A stretch of 64,000 bases of DNA from a virus (Duplodnaviria > Caudoviricetes), in the IMG/VR virus record IMGVR_UViG_2627854090_000004, positions 5,758 to 69,757 of that record; one strand, 5' to 3'. This document shows, one piece after another, positions 18,662 to 29,600 of the stretch. Below the pieces are notes generated by a model, which searched no databases, was not told the origin of the DNA, and was given only the letters and a program-made list of their open reading frames with translations. The first letter of the stretch is position 1. Each line of letters begins with the position of its first letter. The position numbers were made by a program, and so were the translations under genes.

Positions 18662-19657
18662 CTACTCACTTATTACAAGTTGGAAATCTCTCACCGAGAA
18701 ATCATGATTTTCTGCATTTTTAATTATTTTTACAAATATATCTTTACTCTTACCTTGTACTAAATTCAAAGTTACTGTATCAGAATAGACTTCACCATCT
18801 AGACTTAACTGAATCAAATCATTACTTGAAGTCTGTATTCCAATATTTAGTCCTGTATAATCAATAGTATCTACATTTTTGATGCTTATGCTTTCTTCTA
18901 GATCTTTCAATATTCCTGGACTTGTATTTGTGACAACCAAACCATTATAGATTATTTCAAGCTCATATTTACTGAATACATATACATCACCATATCTTAA
19001 GTCCAGTAAGTCAGATCTGTACAGTTCATTTCCATCAGTATCTTTGAAAACAAAATATCCTTTAATATTGGAATCTAAAAATACCCTGCATTCCATATTA
19101 CTATTAAAAACTCTAGTTTTAATTAAATTGTCATTTACATCATATAGTTCACAAACAGTATTTTCAGCAAAGTTTTGCAGTATTGCACATGGATTAGCAT
19201 ATACTTTATAGTTATTCAGAATGAAATCTTCACTACTGTATTTTTCAAAACCTTGATGAAGTATTTCATCTGGAAAATTCATTCCCCCTATATTGGTATA
19301 GTTAATTCCATCATCTGATACATAGGCTTGGATGTAATTATCCTGCTTAAGTATTTTCCAGAACTTATGCTGTTCATCTTGCTTTTTATCTTTAATACCA
19401 AATGCATATTTTTCATTGTCAAAATATATAGCTGCATAATCATCTTCACCCATAGAACTAAAATTCTGTTTTTCAAATTCTAAAACAAACTCAGAGAAAT
19501 TAAAGTTTCTCTCAATCTTGCTATTTGAAATCAGTTTTACTTTTCCTGTACCAATATCTCTTGAAACATTTGCACTTCCAGCAAAATCACTAAAAGAAGA
19601 GGTCAAGAAGAAATTCTCAACCTCCAGCAGTCCATCTTTAACTTTTATAAGTTTCAT
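18662..19657 (-). CDS. Phage tail/virion structural protein (beta-sandwich-like)
   Basis: YVSDDGINY Asp-box-like motif; tail operon. Confidence 0.6.
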   Translation of the reverse strand: MKLIKVKDGLLEVENFFLTSSFSDFAGSANVSRDIGTGKVKLISNSKIERNFNFSEFVLEFEKQNFSSMGEDDYAAIYFDNEKYAFGIKDKKQDEQHKFWKILKQDNYIQAYVSDDGINYTNIGGMNFPDEILHQGFEKYSSEDFILNNYKVYANPCAILQNFAENTVCELYDVNDNLIKTRVFNSNMECRVFLDSNIKGYFVFKDTDGNELYRSDLLDLRYGDVYVFSKYELEIIYNGLVVTNTSPGILKDLEESISIKNVDTIDYTGLNIGIQTSSNDLIQLSLDGEVYSDTVTLNLVQGKSKDIFVKIIKNAENHDFSVRDFQLVISE

Positions 19658-19668
19658 ATACTCACATC

Positions 19669-19923
19669 CTATACATTAGGTTGCATCATGTAATCATATG
19701 GTACAAATTCAACTACATATACATTGCTTATACCATCAGCAGCTATTAACTTTTTCGCTTCTTCCATGGCATCTTTATAACAATTTGTTGAATAGGAATT
19801 TATAGGGTTGCCATATTCATCTGTTATCCCTCCATAATTTAAAGAGGCTAAACTTCGATATGTTCCACTCAGCACTCCCCATTCTCTTTGACGTGGGGAT
19901 TTAAAATCTATTAAATTAGCCAT
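19669..19923 (-). CDS. Small phage tail-module protein
   Basis: Coupled ORF with RBS. Confidence 0.6.
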   Translation of the reverse strand: MANLIDFKSPRQREWGVLSGTYRSLASLNYGGITDEYGNPINSYSTNCYKDAMEEAKKLIAADGISNVYVVEFVPYDYMMQPNV

Positions 19924-21862
19924 CAATACCATCTCCTAAAATATTTTTCTTTTCTATATTTTGAGTATCAATATAATAATACCTTCTACCTTTTGTCTTA
20001 TTTAAAGACTCTATGATATCACCATTTTGGGCAATCCTATTAAAATTTCTCTCTATGTCCATAGCCTTTGGATTCCTCCAAAGTGGAATTGTATTAAAAT
20101 GATGATTCTTCAAATAAGCTATTAAATTTGCTATGAGTACTCCTATAGCTTGTAATCCAGTATTAAAATTTAAAAAGTATACTTTTTCTGCCTCCCATCT
20201 AATCCATCTATAAGCTCTATAGTAATCTGAATTAGGTTTAGAAGTTTCTAGAGTATACCAATTATATAAAAGTTCCATAATAAATTGCATTGATTCTTTT
20301 CCTGAGCAACATAGCCATCCTTGAACATTATCGTGCCATATCATAATCAGGATATTTACTAAATCTAACATAATTTCAATACTTACTGAATAATTAGGAA
20401 TATTACAATCTATACCCCAGGTATTTCCCCAACCCATTGGGTGATTTTTGAATCTAAGATACTCATAAGCCTCATTATTTAAAAATTCCTGATTATAACA
20501 AAAATCTTTATTTGGAATGATTAAAGTATCTCCTGGATCTGTAGGATCTAACCACCACAATCTTTTAATAATATCTATAAATTTATTTTTACCTGGCTTA
20601 AATATTTCTTTTTCAGTATAATTTTTTATATATAATTCATTTAATTTTAATATATCTATAATAGGAAACTCACTTAATTGTTTTTCATTCTGAGTAAATA
20701 TTTCTATTAAATTTTCTCTTCCAAAATATCTACAAATATTCTCATACATAGATTTTTGTGAAAATCTTCTAAATGATTTACCTGAAATTTTAACTATATT
20801 TTTAATACTGCCTCTATCAAAATAAGTGCTTTCCATGATTTTAAACATATCTTTTTTTATATTCTTTTTAAAAGTCTTATTAGCTAATACCTTGTATATA
20901 TGTTTATAAAATGATCTATCTAAAGATGTTATACTGTCTATTTGTGTTATTTTCCTTAATATACTCTTTGTAAGCATAAAATTCAGAACAACTTTACTCA
21001 TATCTATTTTTATAGTTCTTCGTAAAAACATATTTTTAATTTTATTTATGGTAACTACAGTATCTCGTTCATAAAAATTTCTATCTTTATCTAAAATTAT
21101 TTCTTTAAAAACATTTCTTTTTAAAAGTTCTCCACCCAACTTATTTATATCTCTATACCTATTCAGAGTATTAAATATAGAATAGTTATTTTTAAGTATT
21201 TCTTTATTTATTAAATCACTTAAATATTTTTTTGTATGCATATTGAATTCCAGACCATGTTTTGCATCCAGAGATTCATAAGTACTCCTTAAAAGATCAT
21301 TGACCTTTTTATGGCATAAATTTTTGCCAAGTGAAATATCAATTATAAATTCCTTAATGTTCTGCAGAATATTAGTATATCTATAGAAAATATTAATATT
21401 TTCACTATTTTTTAGTTGTAAATTACTATACTTAATTAAATTTACAATCTGTGAATTCTGTAAAATAATACTATCCACTATAAAAATATTTTTTCTTTTC
21501 ATTCTAAACATTTTGCTTGAATGCTTAAATATCTGGCTCTTATATTCTTTAAGTTGCGTTCTATTATCTTTAATTATTTCTTTTTTAGACACATATAATG
21601 TTTTGAGTTCAGGTTTATCAATAATATCAACTGAATTTTTATTTAAAATGCTAATATTGCTTTTAAACATATTTTCTGTTGGACTATCAATAAATGATTT
21701 AGATTCAACTTTATTAATATTATTTTGATTGTTTAGAGACAGTAACTTAGGAGTATAATTTATTATTTCTGATCTAGTATCATATTTAAATGTAGCTCCA
21801 GAACAGATATTATCCCCTGCATATTTAAAATTGCACAAGGGAATTGTTGTATGCAGGGACAT
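19916..21862 (-). CDS. 648-aa tail-module protein with degenerate ~16-17 aa repeats
   Basis: Basic repetitive middle between non-repetitive ends. Confidence 0.65.
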   Translation of the reverse strand: MSLHTTIPLCNFKYAGDNICSGATFKYDTRSEIINYTPKLLSLNNQNNINKVESKSFIDSPTENMFKSNISILNKNSVDIIDKPELKTLYVSKKEIIKDNRTQLKEYKSQIFKHSSKMFRMKRKNIFIVDSIILQNSQIVNLIKYSNLQLKNSENINIFYRYTNILQNIKEFIIDISLGKNLCHKKVNDLLRSTYESLDAKHGLEFNMHTKKYLSDLINKEILKNNYSIFNTLNRYRDINKLGGELLKRNVFKEIILDKDRNFYERDTVVTINKIKNMFLRRTIKIDMSKVVLNFMLTKSILRKITQIDSITSLDRSFYKHIYKVLANKTFKKNIKKDMFKIMESTYFDRGSIKNIVKISGKSFRRFSQKSMYENICRYFGRENLIEIFTQNEKQLSEFPIIDILKLNELYIKNYTEKEIFKPGKNKFIDIIKRLWWLDPTDPGDTLIIPNKDFCYNQEFLNNEAYEYLRFKNHPMGWGNTWGIDCNIPNYSVSIEIMLDLVNILIMIWHDNVQGWLCCSGKESMQFIMELLYNWYTLETSKPNSDYYRAYRWIRWEAEKVYFLNFNTGLQAIGVLIANLIAYLKNHHFNTIPLWRNPKAMDIERNFNRIAQNGDIIESLNKTKGRRYYYIDTQNIEKKNILGDGIDG

Positions 21863-21874
21863 TTTTAATCACTC

Positions 21875-23125
21875 CTATTCAGCAACTTTTTTCCACCTTA
21901 TAGCAATAGAGCTATTGGGGTTAACACTGTTATTTAAGAAATTAAAAGGTGATGTAATCCTAAATTTCTTATAGTTTTCCTCTGAATCAGTATCTTTCAT
22001 ATAAGTCAGCATATCCTCATCATTTATATTAGATCCATCTCCAGCTAATACATTTATCATATTTCCTCTTTCCATATCTATTGGGTGAACTAACGTGATC
22101 GGAGAAAATTGATGCTTCTTATGATCCCATCTTGAGCCTTCTACATTACACTTGTCCATGAACATATTAGTTGAATAAAAGCCAGGATAATGTGGTTGAT
22201 ATGGCATTCCTATTTTATTGGCAATCATACATACATCAGTTATACCGGTTGCAGTTCTTTGACCATATGGATTACTATAGCCAGGTTCAATATCTGAGGA
22301 TGCTGTTATACCAAAATTATATTCATCATCTGTATAAGCTGAATCTTCTATAGGTTTTAAAGCTCCAATATAACAATATCCAGTTAAATAATTATTGTAT
22401 GGGGATACATCAGCAGAAGGATCCCCTCTGAGCACTAAATTTATACTATCTTTTGTAACAGTAATCCAGTATTCAACAGGTAGAAAATCCTTTATCTCTG
22501 ATTGTAGATTTCTATACCATGCTAATCTATAATTGTAATTTTTTTGAACATCATTGGGAATAGCTATATCATCACCTGCAGTATTTAATTTATCTGATAT
22601 CTGAATTCTTATATTATTTATTGCAAGCCCTTTTGTTATAGTATTTACATAGTCATTATATCCACTTCCTGATACATCAGGGTTTTCTCCTGCCATTATT
22701 TCTAATACTTCTGCATCAGTTCTCGTTGCAGTATAATATCCTCCACTACCGTTTGACTTGCTATAAGAATGTAAATCTTGAAATTTCTTTATAATTTGTT
22801 TATCTTTCAAACTCAAGTCCATAGGCTCTCTACTAAATTTCACATAAAAAGTCTTTCCATATGATGTAGTAGCTTTTATTATGCATGTATCATCTTGATT
22901 GGGCGTTGAAAAAACAGTTTGAACTTTATCTGTACTGCTACCATCTGTAATTAAATTTATTGTAGATCCCTCAATTGCTGAACCAACTTTATCTATACTA
23001 TCTGGGATTACTAAATCCCATTTATAAATTCCTGCATTTTGAGTTATCTCAGTTATAATTGATTTCATCAAATTTTTGACACTAGTATTACCCTCGATAC
23101 AATAAAAATCCTCTGTTACTGCCAT
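21875..23125 (-). CDS. Phage virion structural protein
   Basis: 416-aa ORF in tail operon. Confidence 0.6.
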   Translation of the reverse strand: MAVTEDFYCIEGNTSVKNLMKSIITEITQNAGIYKWDLVIPDSIDKVGSAIEGSTINLITDGSSTDKVQTVFSTPNQDDTCIIKATTSYGKTFYVKFSREPMDLSLKDKQIIKKFQDLHSYSKSNGSGGYYTATRTDAEVLEIMAGENPDVSGSGYNDYVNTITKGLAINNIRIQISDKLNTAGDDIAIPNDVQKNYNYRLAWYRNLQSEIKDFLPVEYWITVTKDSINLVLRGDPSADVSPYNNYLTGYCYIGALKPIEDSAYTDDEYNFGITASSDIEPGYSNPYGQRTATGITDVCMIANKIGMPYQPHYPGFYSTNMFMDKCNVEGSRWDHKKHQFSPITLVHPIDMERGNMINVLAGDGSNINDEDMLTYMKDTDSEENYKKFRITSPFNFLNNSVNPNSSIAIRWKKVAE

Positions 23126-23136
23126 CTAATTACCTC

Positions 23137-24144
23137 CTATTCGAATAAATCTTTTCTATTAAACATATCTGTTATTTCCTTAGTTTTTAAATCTATGCTG
23201 CATACTCCATATCCTAAAGAACTGCTGTTATCAACCTTAATATTGTATTCTTTAAGAAGTACAATACCGTAAGATCTTTTTTCATATATTTTCACATTCA
23301 CAGAATTTTTTAATAAAACACTATTGAAATCATGAATGTATATCTCTAACTTTTTATCATAATGTCCTTTAACAGATATTATTTCAGGATTGCCATTAGT
23401 TTCATGCTCTGTATAATCCCAATTCAAATAAAATCCATCATAAGAATCATTACCAAAGAATACATGCATGTCTCCCATAATTCCATGAAGATCTATATCG
23501 GCATCTGTATTTTTCTCCCACTGCATACGTACTGCTATGTCCCAATCATTTGGTATATTATTTACATCTGGATTCTTAGGAGCTTTTGGATCTATCAGAA
23601 TTTCTTTTCCTTCCAAGTATTCCAAATCAATTGTACATTGTCTGCTGTTACCACTTAAATTGTGCAAAATAAAAGAAATAGGCTTATTAGCATTTACTTT
23701 ATAATAAGTATTAAAGTATTTATGCTCTCCTATTTCTTTGGTTGTGGCCCTGTCTATTATTCTGTTCTTATTTATTTCAACGCTGTATCTATCTTCTTTT
23801 TTCCAGCCTGTCTGATTTAAATGTATTCCTGATAAATACACATCCTTATCAAAAATAAACTCATTCTTGTAATCTCCAACTATGGCAGGAACATCAAGCA
23901 ACGCTCCCTTGATTTTTTGAGTACCTGTATATTTTCCTAATATAAATTGTTCTATCTTATTTTTAAGTCCTTTGTACTTTTCATCTGGCAGCAAAGCTTC
24001 TATTTGACTTAATAAAGATTCTAAATTTCCAGTGTTTAATTGAGGATATTTGCCTTTCATTGCATCATCTATAAGTTGCAGCAAATCTTTCTTCAGTTGA
24101 TCTTCCAATTCATCAAAATTTATAATATACTTTGGCAAACTCAT
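23137..24144 (-). CDS. Tail-module protein (paralogue of next gene plus DIDLH domain)
   Basis: MSLP.Y.INFDEL start and KE.GE.K.FN..Y.V shared with 24146-24706. Confidence 0.65.
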   Translation of the reverse strand: MSLPKYIINFDELEDQLKKDLLQLIDDAMKGKYPQLNTGNLESLLSQIEALLPDEKYKGLKNKIEQFILGKYTGTQKIKGALLDVPAIVGDYKNEFIFDKDVYLSGIHLNQTGWKKEDRYSVEINKNRIIDRATTKEIGEHKYFNTYYKVNANKPISFILHNLSGNSRQCTIDLEYLEGKEILIDPKAPKNPDVNNIPNDWDIAVRMQWEKNTDADIDLHGIMGDMHVFFGNDSYDGFYLNWDYTEHETNGNPEIISVKGHYDKKLEIYIHDFNSVLLKNSVNVKIYEKRSYGIVLLKEYNIKVDNSSSLGYGVCSIDLKTKEITDMFNRKDLFE

Positions 24145-24145
24145 T

Positions 24146-24706
24146 TTATGAATCCTCCAATATATTAAAATCTACCCATAGTATCTTAGAAGATCCACTT
24201 ACATTATTAAATACAAAGTATATTTTTTGACCTGTAGTTACTGGATAAAAAACATTGAAGAACTTATTTTCCCCATATTCCTTAGTTCTGACACCAATAA
24301 ATAACTCTGTATCTCCTACTTTTAAATCCCATGTATCCTGGAAATTCCATGCTGATTGAGATGTAGTTATTCCAGTTATTCTTCCACTAGCAGGTACGGT
24401 AAATTCTATAGTATGTGCTCCTTCAACAGATGGAACCTGAAGTATTTCTCCATATATTTTCTGTGTTCCACTTATACCTAAATTTCCTGATAATCCATCA
24501 AGTTTAACTCCTAAAGCATTTAATGCATTAATCAGATCTGTATAATTAACACCTTGTATCTTATCTTTTATTTGAGTAAGTAAATCTTCCATATTGCCTG
24601 TAGGTACTGTTATACTTCCAATATCAACATTGACTCCATTTTCAAGATAAGCTTTTATTGCATCTGCCAGTTCATCAAAGTTTATTACATAACTTGGTAA
24701 ACTCAA
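24146..24706 (-). CDS. Tail-module protein
   Basis: Paralogous to N-terminal half of 23137-24144. Confidence 0.65.
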   Translation of the reverse strand: MSLPSYVINFDELADAIKAYLENGVNVDIGSITVPTGNMEDLLTQIKDKIQGVNYTDLINALNALGVKLDGLSGNLGISGTQKIYGEILQVPSVEGAHTIEFTVPASGRITGITTSQSAWNFQDTWDLKVGDTELFIGVRTKEYGENKFFNVFYPVTTGQKIYFVFNNVSGSSKILWVDFNILEDS

Positions 24707-24719
24707 TCAAATCACTTCC

Positions 24720-25064
24720 TCACACCTCAGTTATCGTATTAACTAAATTATCTGAGCCTTTATTAATCTGTACTGTCTCAATGCTACCATCAGGATAAGT
24801 TGTTTTTATTTGATATACTTTTTCACTGCCATCTCTTATAAGTTCTTCTGACCATTGATCTGAATCAGTGCCATATATGCATTTAACTACCTTTTTTGTA
24901 TCAGCATCTCTTATTAGTTGTATTGGATATTCAACAAGTTGCCCGGTATATGGCTGCTCCCCTGTATCAACAGAAATTTTATTACCTACATTTCTCTTTC
25001 TAAGCTCCTGATTTAATATATAGACAACAGGATCTCTAAAATTTTTAAATCCCATGCCAGACAT
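24720..25064 (-). CDS. Tail-module protein
   Basis: Coupled ORF in tail operon. Confidence 0.6.
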   Translation of the reverse strand: MSGMGFKNFRDPVVYILNQELRKRNVGNKISVDTGEQPYTGQLVEYPIQLIRDADTKKVVKCIYGTDSDQWSEELIRDGSEKVYQIKTTYPDGSIETVQINKGSDNLVNTITEV

Positions 25065-25065
25065 T

Positions 25066-26190
25066 TTAACTTGCCTCCTTTATAAGACCGGAGTCAAGAA
25101 GTTTAGGAAGTGTATATATTTTAGTTTTATCTTTCATACCTTGAAGCTGCAAAGTATTTGTATATCCATTGTCAGCATCAACTTCTGTATCTATTCCTAC
25201 TACCAGATAATATCCTGGGACTGTATTATCTCTTAATAATTTTACTACTTGTCCTATATCAATATCCTTATTACCCAAAGCAGGAAGTATTGTCAAAGGA
25301 GTACTGTTTCTCCAGTACTCTAAAAACTGCCATCCTGCTACAGCTTTCCTTTTTTCCTGTGTATTGGCTAATGGATTATCTATTATGTCATACCATTTCT
25401 CGTCATTAAGATATTCCGTCATAGATGTATCTTCAAATTTATCAAAAGCCACATAATCTTGATTCTTAATTTTTACACTGCAAGTTATCTTAAGGATATT
25501 TTTCATTAAAGATGCATCTCTTCCAGCAGTATCAGAAGAATTATTGGTAGAATCCCTATATACCCAATCAAAATGATTTGCATCTCCGCCACCTTCAATG
25601 TAAGGTGGGTACTGTTCTTCTAAATATATAGTTCCATTTTTTCCACACCTTACAGATGCATGCATTGTTTCTATGAAATTTTGTATAACATCCATAAAAA
25701 CAGTACCATCAGCTATGGTTAAATTTGAAATACTATAATTAGTACCACCTGAGCGATAGAAACTAAGTCCAACTCTTCTAACTAAATCTGAAATAACATC
25801 TGCAGCAGTAGTAACTCCATATTTTATCTGTCCATCACATGTATTTAAAAGTCTGTAAAACATATCGTGGCAGGTTAAAGTTATTGTTTTATCTTCCTCA
25901 TTATATTCATATTTTTTAATAATTCCTGAAAACTGACATACAACATCAAACCATATTTCAATCCTAGCGAAGTTATCTATTATTCCAGAATTACCTCCTT
26001 GAAATGCTGCAATTGGAAGTTTTTCATATTCTGCTATTATTGTAGCTTCTGATACTTGTGTATCTTTGGCTCTATTTATTCTTATACTTACAAGGCTATT
26101 TCTTAATATGATTTTATCTGCATCTGTGGTTCCATAACTTATATAACCTTTCTTTTTGTATATCTCTACTCTAAAATCCATTATCATCAC
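25066..26190 (-). CDS. Baseplate hub / Tal-like tail protein
   Basis: F.G.I......ITLTC.D, TAADVI.DL, G.Y.V.GI...Y..TLQL hub pattern; second gene after TMP. Confidence 0.65.
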   Translation of the reverse strand: MMIMDFRVEIYKKKGYISYGTTDADKIILRNSLVSIRINRAKDTQVSEATIIAEYEKLPIAAFQGGNSGIIDNFARIEIWFDVVCQFSGIIKKYEYNEEDKTITLTCHDMFYRLLNTCDGQIKYGVTTAADVISDLVRRVGLSFYRSGGTNYSISNLTIADGTVFMDVIQNFIETMHASVRCGKNGTIYLEEQYPPYIEGGGDANHFDWVYRDSTNNSSDTAGRDASLMKNILKITCSVKIKNQDYVAFDKFEDTSMTEYLNDEKWYDIIDNPLANTQEKRKAVAGWQFLEYWRNSTPLTILPALGNKDIDIGQVVKLLRDNTVPGYYLVVGIDTEVDADNGYTNTLQLQGMKDKTKIYTLPKLLDSGLIKEAS

Positions 26191-26602
26191 TCACCCAACC
26201 GGAAACATCATGATTACATAAAAGATGTATGGCTATATAATATATATCTCCCTCCACAGGAGTTGACGGTTCAAACTGTTCCTGTATATAACCTTTATAG
26301 GTAACATCAAATTCATTAATCAATGTAAGCCTTTCAAAATATCTATTCAAAAACATCAGATAGGTTTCTACATTCTTCTGTGTCTCTTCATCAGTCTCAC
26401 CTTTAACTTGAAATGCTAAAGTGCATTCAATTATACAATCACTTTTAAAATTCTGCTGAAATTGGGTGTACCCTGAAATAGTTCTAACACCCTTTCTGTA
26501 ATATGCAGGATAAGGAGGCTTGTAATTGGTTATAATTGCACCTGTGTCAGTTCCATCATCATATAAAAGCTGTATGTTAAACTCTTTTAATCTTTCACGC
26601 AT
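26171..26602 (-). CDS. Distal tail (Dit-like) protein
   Basis: Size and position directly after TMP. Confidence 0.5.
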   Translation of the reverse strand: MRERLKEFNIQLLYDDGTDTGAIITNYKPPYPAYYRKGVRTISGYTQFQQNFKSDCIIECTLAFQVKGETDEETQKNVETYLMFLNRYFERLTLINEFDVTYKGYIQEQFEPSTPVEGDIYYIAIHLLCNHDVSGWVSDDNGF

Positions 26603-26622
26603 GAGAAGATGCCTCCTTGTTT

Positions 26623-29600
26623 CTAATCTCTTATTACATCATTCATAAAGAAATCTACCAATCCATTTTTAAGTGAGGTTTTAGCCATTGATTTTACTTC
26701 ATCTGTAAGTTTTGCAGTACCTTTTTCTCCAGTATCTGCTACAGTTACATATAGATTTATCTTTGGATCAAAATTAAGTAATTTAGTTCTCATATTGTTG
26801 CTTAATTTACTACTATTACTACCTTCATAGGCTCCATTTAATGCAATATTATCAATTCCATGAAAATCAGGTTTTGTATTACCCAATTTTTTAATACCAT
26901 TTGCCAGGGCCATAAATCTCTGCTTTATAGGGTTCTGCATCTTATCTACTCCATTTACATATCCTTGACCTGTATTTACACCAAATTCATCAAAAACAGT
27001 TGAAGGAGAGTGTATACCTAGTACAGCTTTAAAAGTATTTTTTACACTTTCAGCAAACCCTTTTATTTTTTTAATAGCATTAGGAAATGCTTTTTCAAAA
27101 CCTTTTATAAGGCCAGCTACAATAGCACCACCAATTCCAAGAAATGCAAATGGTGTTCCAGAAAATGCATCTTTTAAGCCTTTTTTAAAACCTTGCCAAA
27201 AAGCCATCGATTTCTTTTTAAATCCATTCCAATGCTTTATGACCTCATATACTATTAATCCAATTCCAGCTATTATACCTATTGTTATAAGTACTGGAGG
27301 ATTAATTATTGCCGGTAATGCTGAGAAAACAGCTTTTGAAATTACCTTTATTAAATTAAATGCCTTTCCTAACTTTCCTGATCCATTTATGAGCTTACCA
27401 AATGACCCTAATATTGATTTTGTTGCACTTGCAACCGATACTCCTATTCTAGAGAATATACTTGGTAGCTTTCCTAAAGATGAACCTGCTTTAACAAAAA
27501 TACCTGAAAGTTTGCCTAAAGAATTTCCTATTTTAGAAAATAAATTAGGTAGATTTCTGCCTACTGAAGTTACTTTTGCAAACAATTTTGGAGTTTTTCC
27601 AACTTCTTTATTAACTTTAGAAAAAGATGATGTTATCTTGCCTGCAGATGCCACTCCTGTAGTTCCTATCCCTGCAAGTAATTTAATTAATGTTGTGAAT
27701 GTAAAATACCAGCTTTTTGCTGCGACTGCAATAAACATTAATTGTCCAAAAAGCTTAGTTATTTTTCCTCCTAAATTTAAAATACCTGTAATAGAGTTTT
27801 TTATAGAATTCATAGAATTTTTTATGGAATTCAATGCTTTATCAAAGCTAGATGCATCTTTAGTTAATGTTTGCCAACATTTATGTGCCTTAGTAAAAAA
27901 GGTATCTAACGCTGTACTTAAATTTCCATAATTTCTTATAATATCAAGCAATATAGACAGGTATGCATCAGCATTATGATCCATTGTCCACTGAAACTCT
28001 GTTATTTTACCTATTTCACGATATATACTATTAAACATTTTAGTATGAGTATCTTTGACTTGATTTAGCACCATCATATATCTTGAAGCATGAAATCCAG
28101 CCATTCCCCAAGCCTTTATTGACGTATTTCCAAAATTATAAGCTTCAGAACTTAAATTTCTATACCATTTTGTTGTTTTAGCTAAATTAGTATTATAAGC
28201 AACTGCATTTAACGCACCTGTGATTCGATTTTGCTCTTTAACCAATGCCTGCATTTGATTTAATTGTGATCTGCTTGCACTAGACCAATTTTTAAAAAGA
28301 TTTGCCTGAGCTGATTCTATGCTACCAATTGCTGATAATTCTTCTTTTTGTGAATTTTTCAAGGCATTTATAGAATTAATAACATCTTTACCATAAGTAC
28401 TTGATTTACTATTCTCAGGCAATGGTACTCGATAATTTTTAAGTCCATCATTTATTGAATTAGTATATGCTTTAACAAATTCTTGGCCTGCTTTTTGGCC
28501 TAATTGATTAAATTTCAAAATATCAATTGATTGAGACTTAGGATTTAATTCTGATGTTTCTACTACTGTGCTTTTATTAGAATCTGTATTATTATCATTT
28601 CCCTGTTGTATAGTTTGATCAGCCAAGTCCTTTGCTTGTTGGCTGACATCATCCATTTTATTTTCCATTCCATCTACTAAACCTTGACCTATATTCTCAC
28701 CATAACCAGTAAATACTTTTGAGGGCGAATGAATATCTAATACCTTAGTAAATTTTCCTGATATAGCATTAGCAGTATCACTAATTTTATCTATTACGAA
28801 CTTATCTTTGAGCCTTAATCCTTCAATTAATCCATCACTTATATAACTTCCATATTGAATAAATACCCTTGAGGGAGAATGGATTCCTAATATATTTTTA
28901 AATTTTTCCTTTATAGATCCTGCTATAGACTTAACTTTATCTTCTATCTTTTTTGTCATACTACTTATGCCACTATACAATCCCTCAAATACAAATTTAC
29001 CTATAGCTTTCATGTTAGGACCTAAGTTCTTAAATATTAGTATCCAACCTTTAGCTGATTTAGAAAGAAAATCTTTAAATCCAGTAAATATCATCTTCCA
29101 GCCTTTAATTGACTTAGAGAAAAAATCTCCAATAGATTTAAATATATTTTTTATAGCATTTCCAAAAGCAGATGCATATTTTTTAAAAGCATCCCAATGT
29201 TTAATTACTTCATAAACAATCAATCCTAATCCAACTATAATTCCAACAGTTATAAGTACTGGAGGATTAATAAGTGCAGGAAGAGCTGAAAAAATACTTG
29301 CAGCTGATCTTAATCCTCTAAATATAGTTCCTACTGTTCTCGCTGCATTGCCAATTTTACTCATAGCCCCAACTACTGCCATGGTTGATGTTATAAACTT
29401 ACTGAATATAATCATTGTAGGTCCAAAAGCAGCTGCTATAATCCCTAGATAAACAATTGCAGTTTGAATAGGTCTTGGTAAATTAGAAAATCCATCAGCA
29501 AGCTTGCCTATAAAATCTGCTGCTTTTCTTATACCAGGTGCAAGGACATCTCCAATTCTTATACCCATAGTTTCTATTGAACCTTTCATTCCTTCAATAG

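Noticed and set aside
27239-27931. 230-aa plus-strand ORF and other antisense ORFs in the track
   Set aside because: Shadow frames of the tape measure and other well-supported genes; no RBS or motifs
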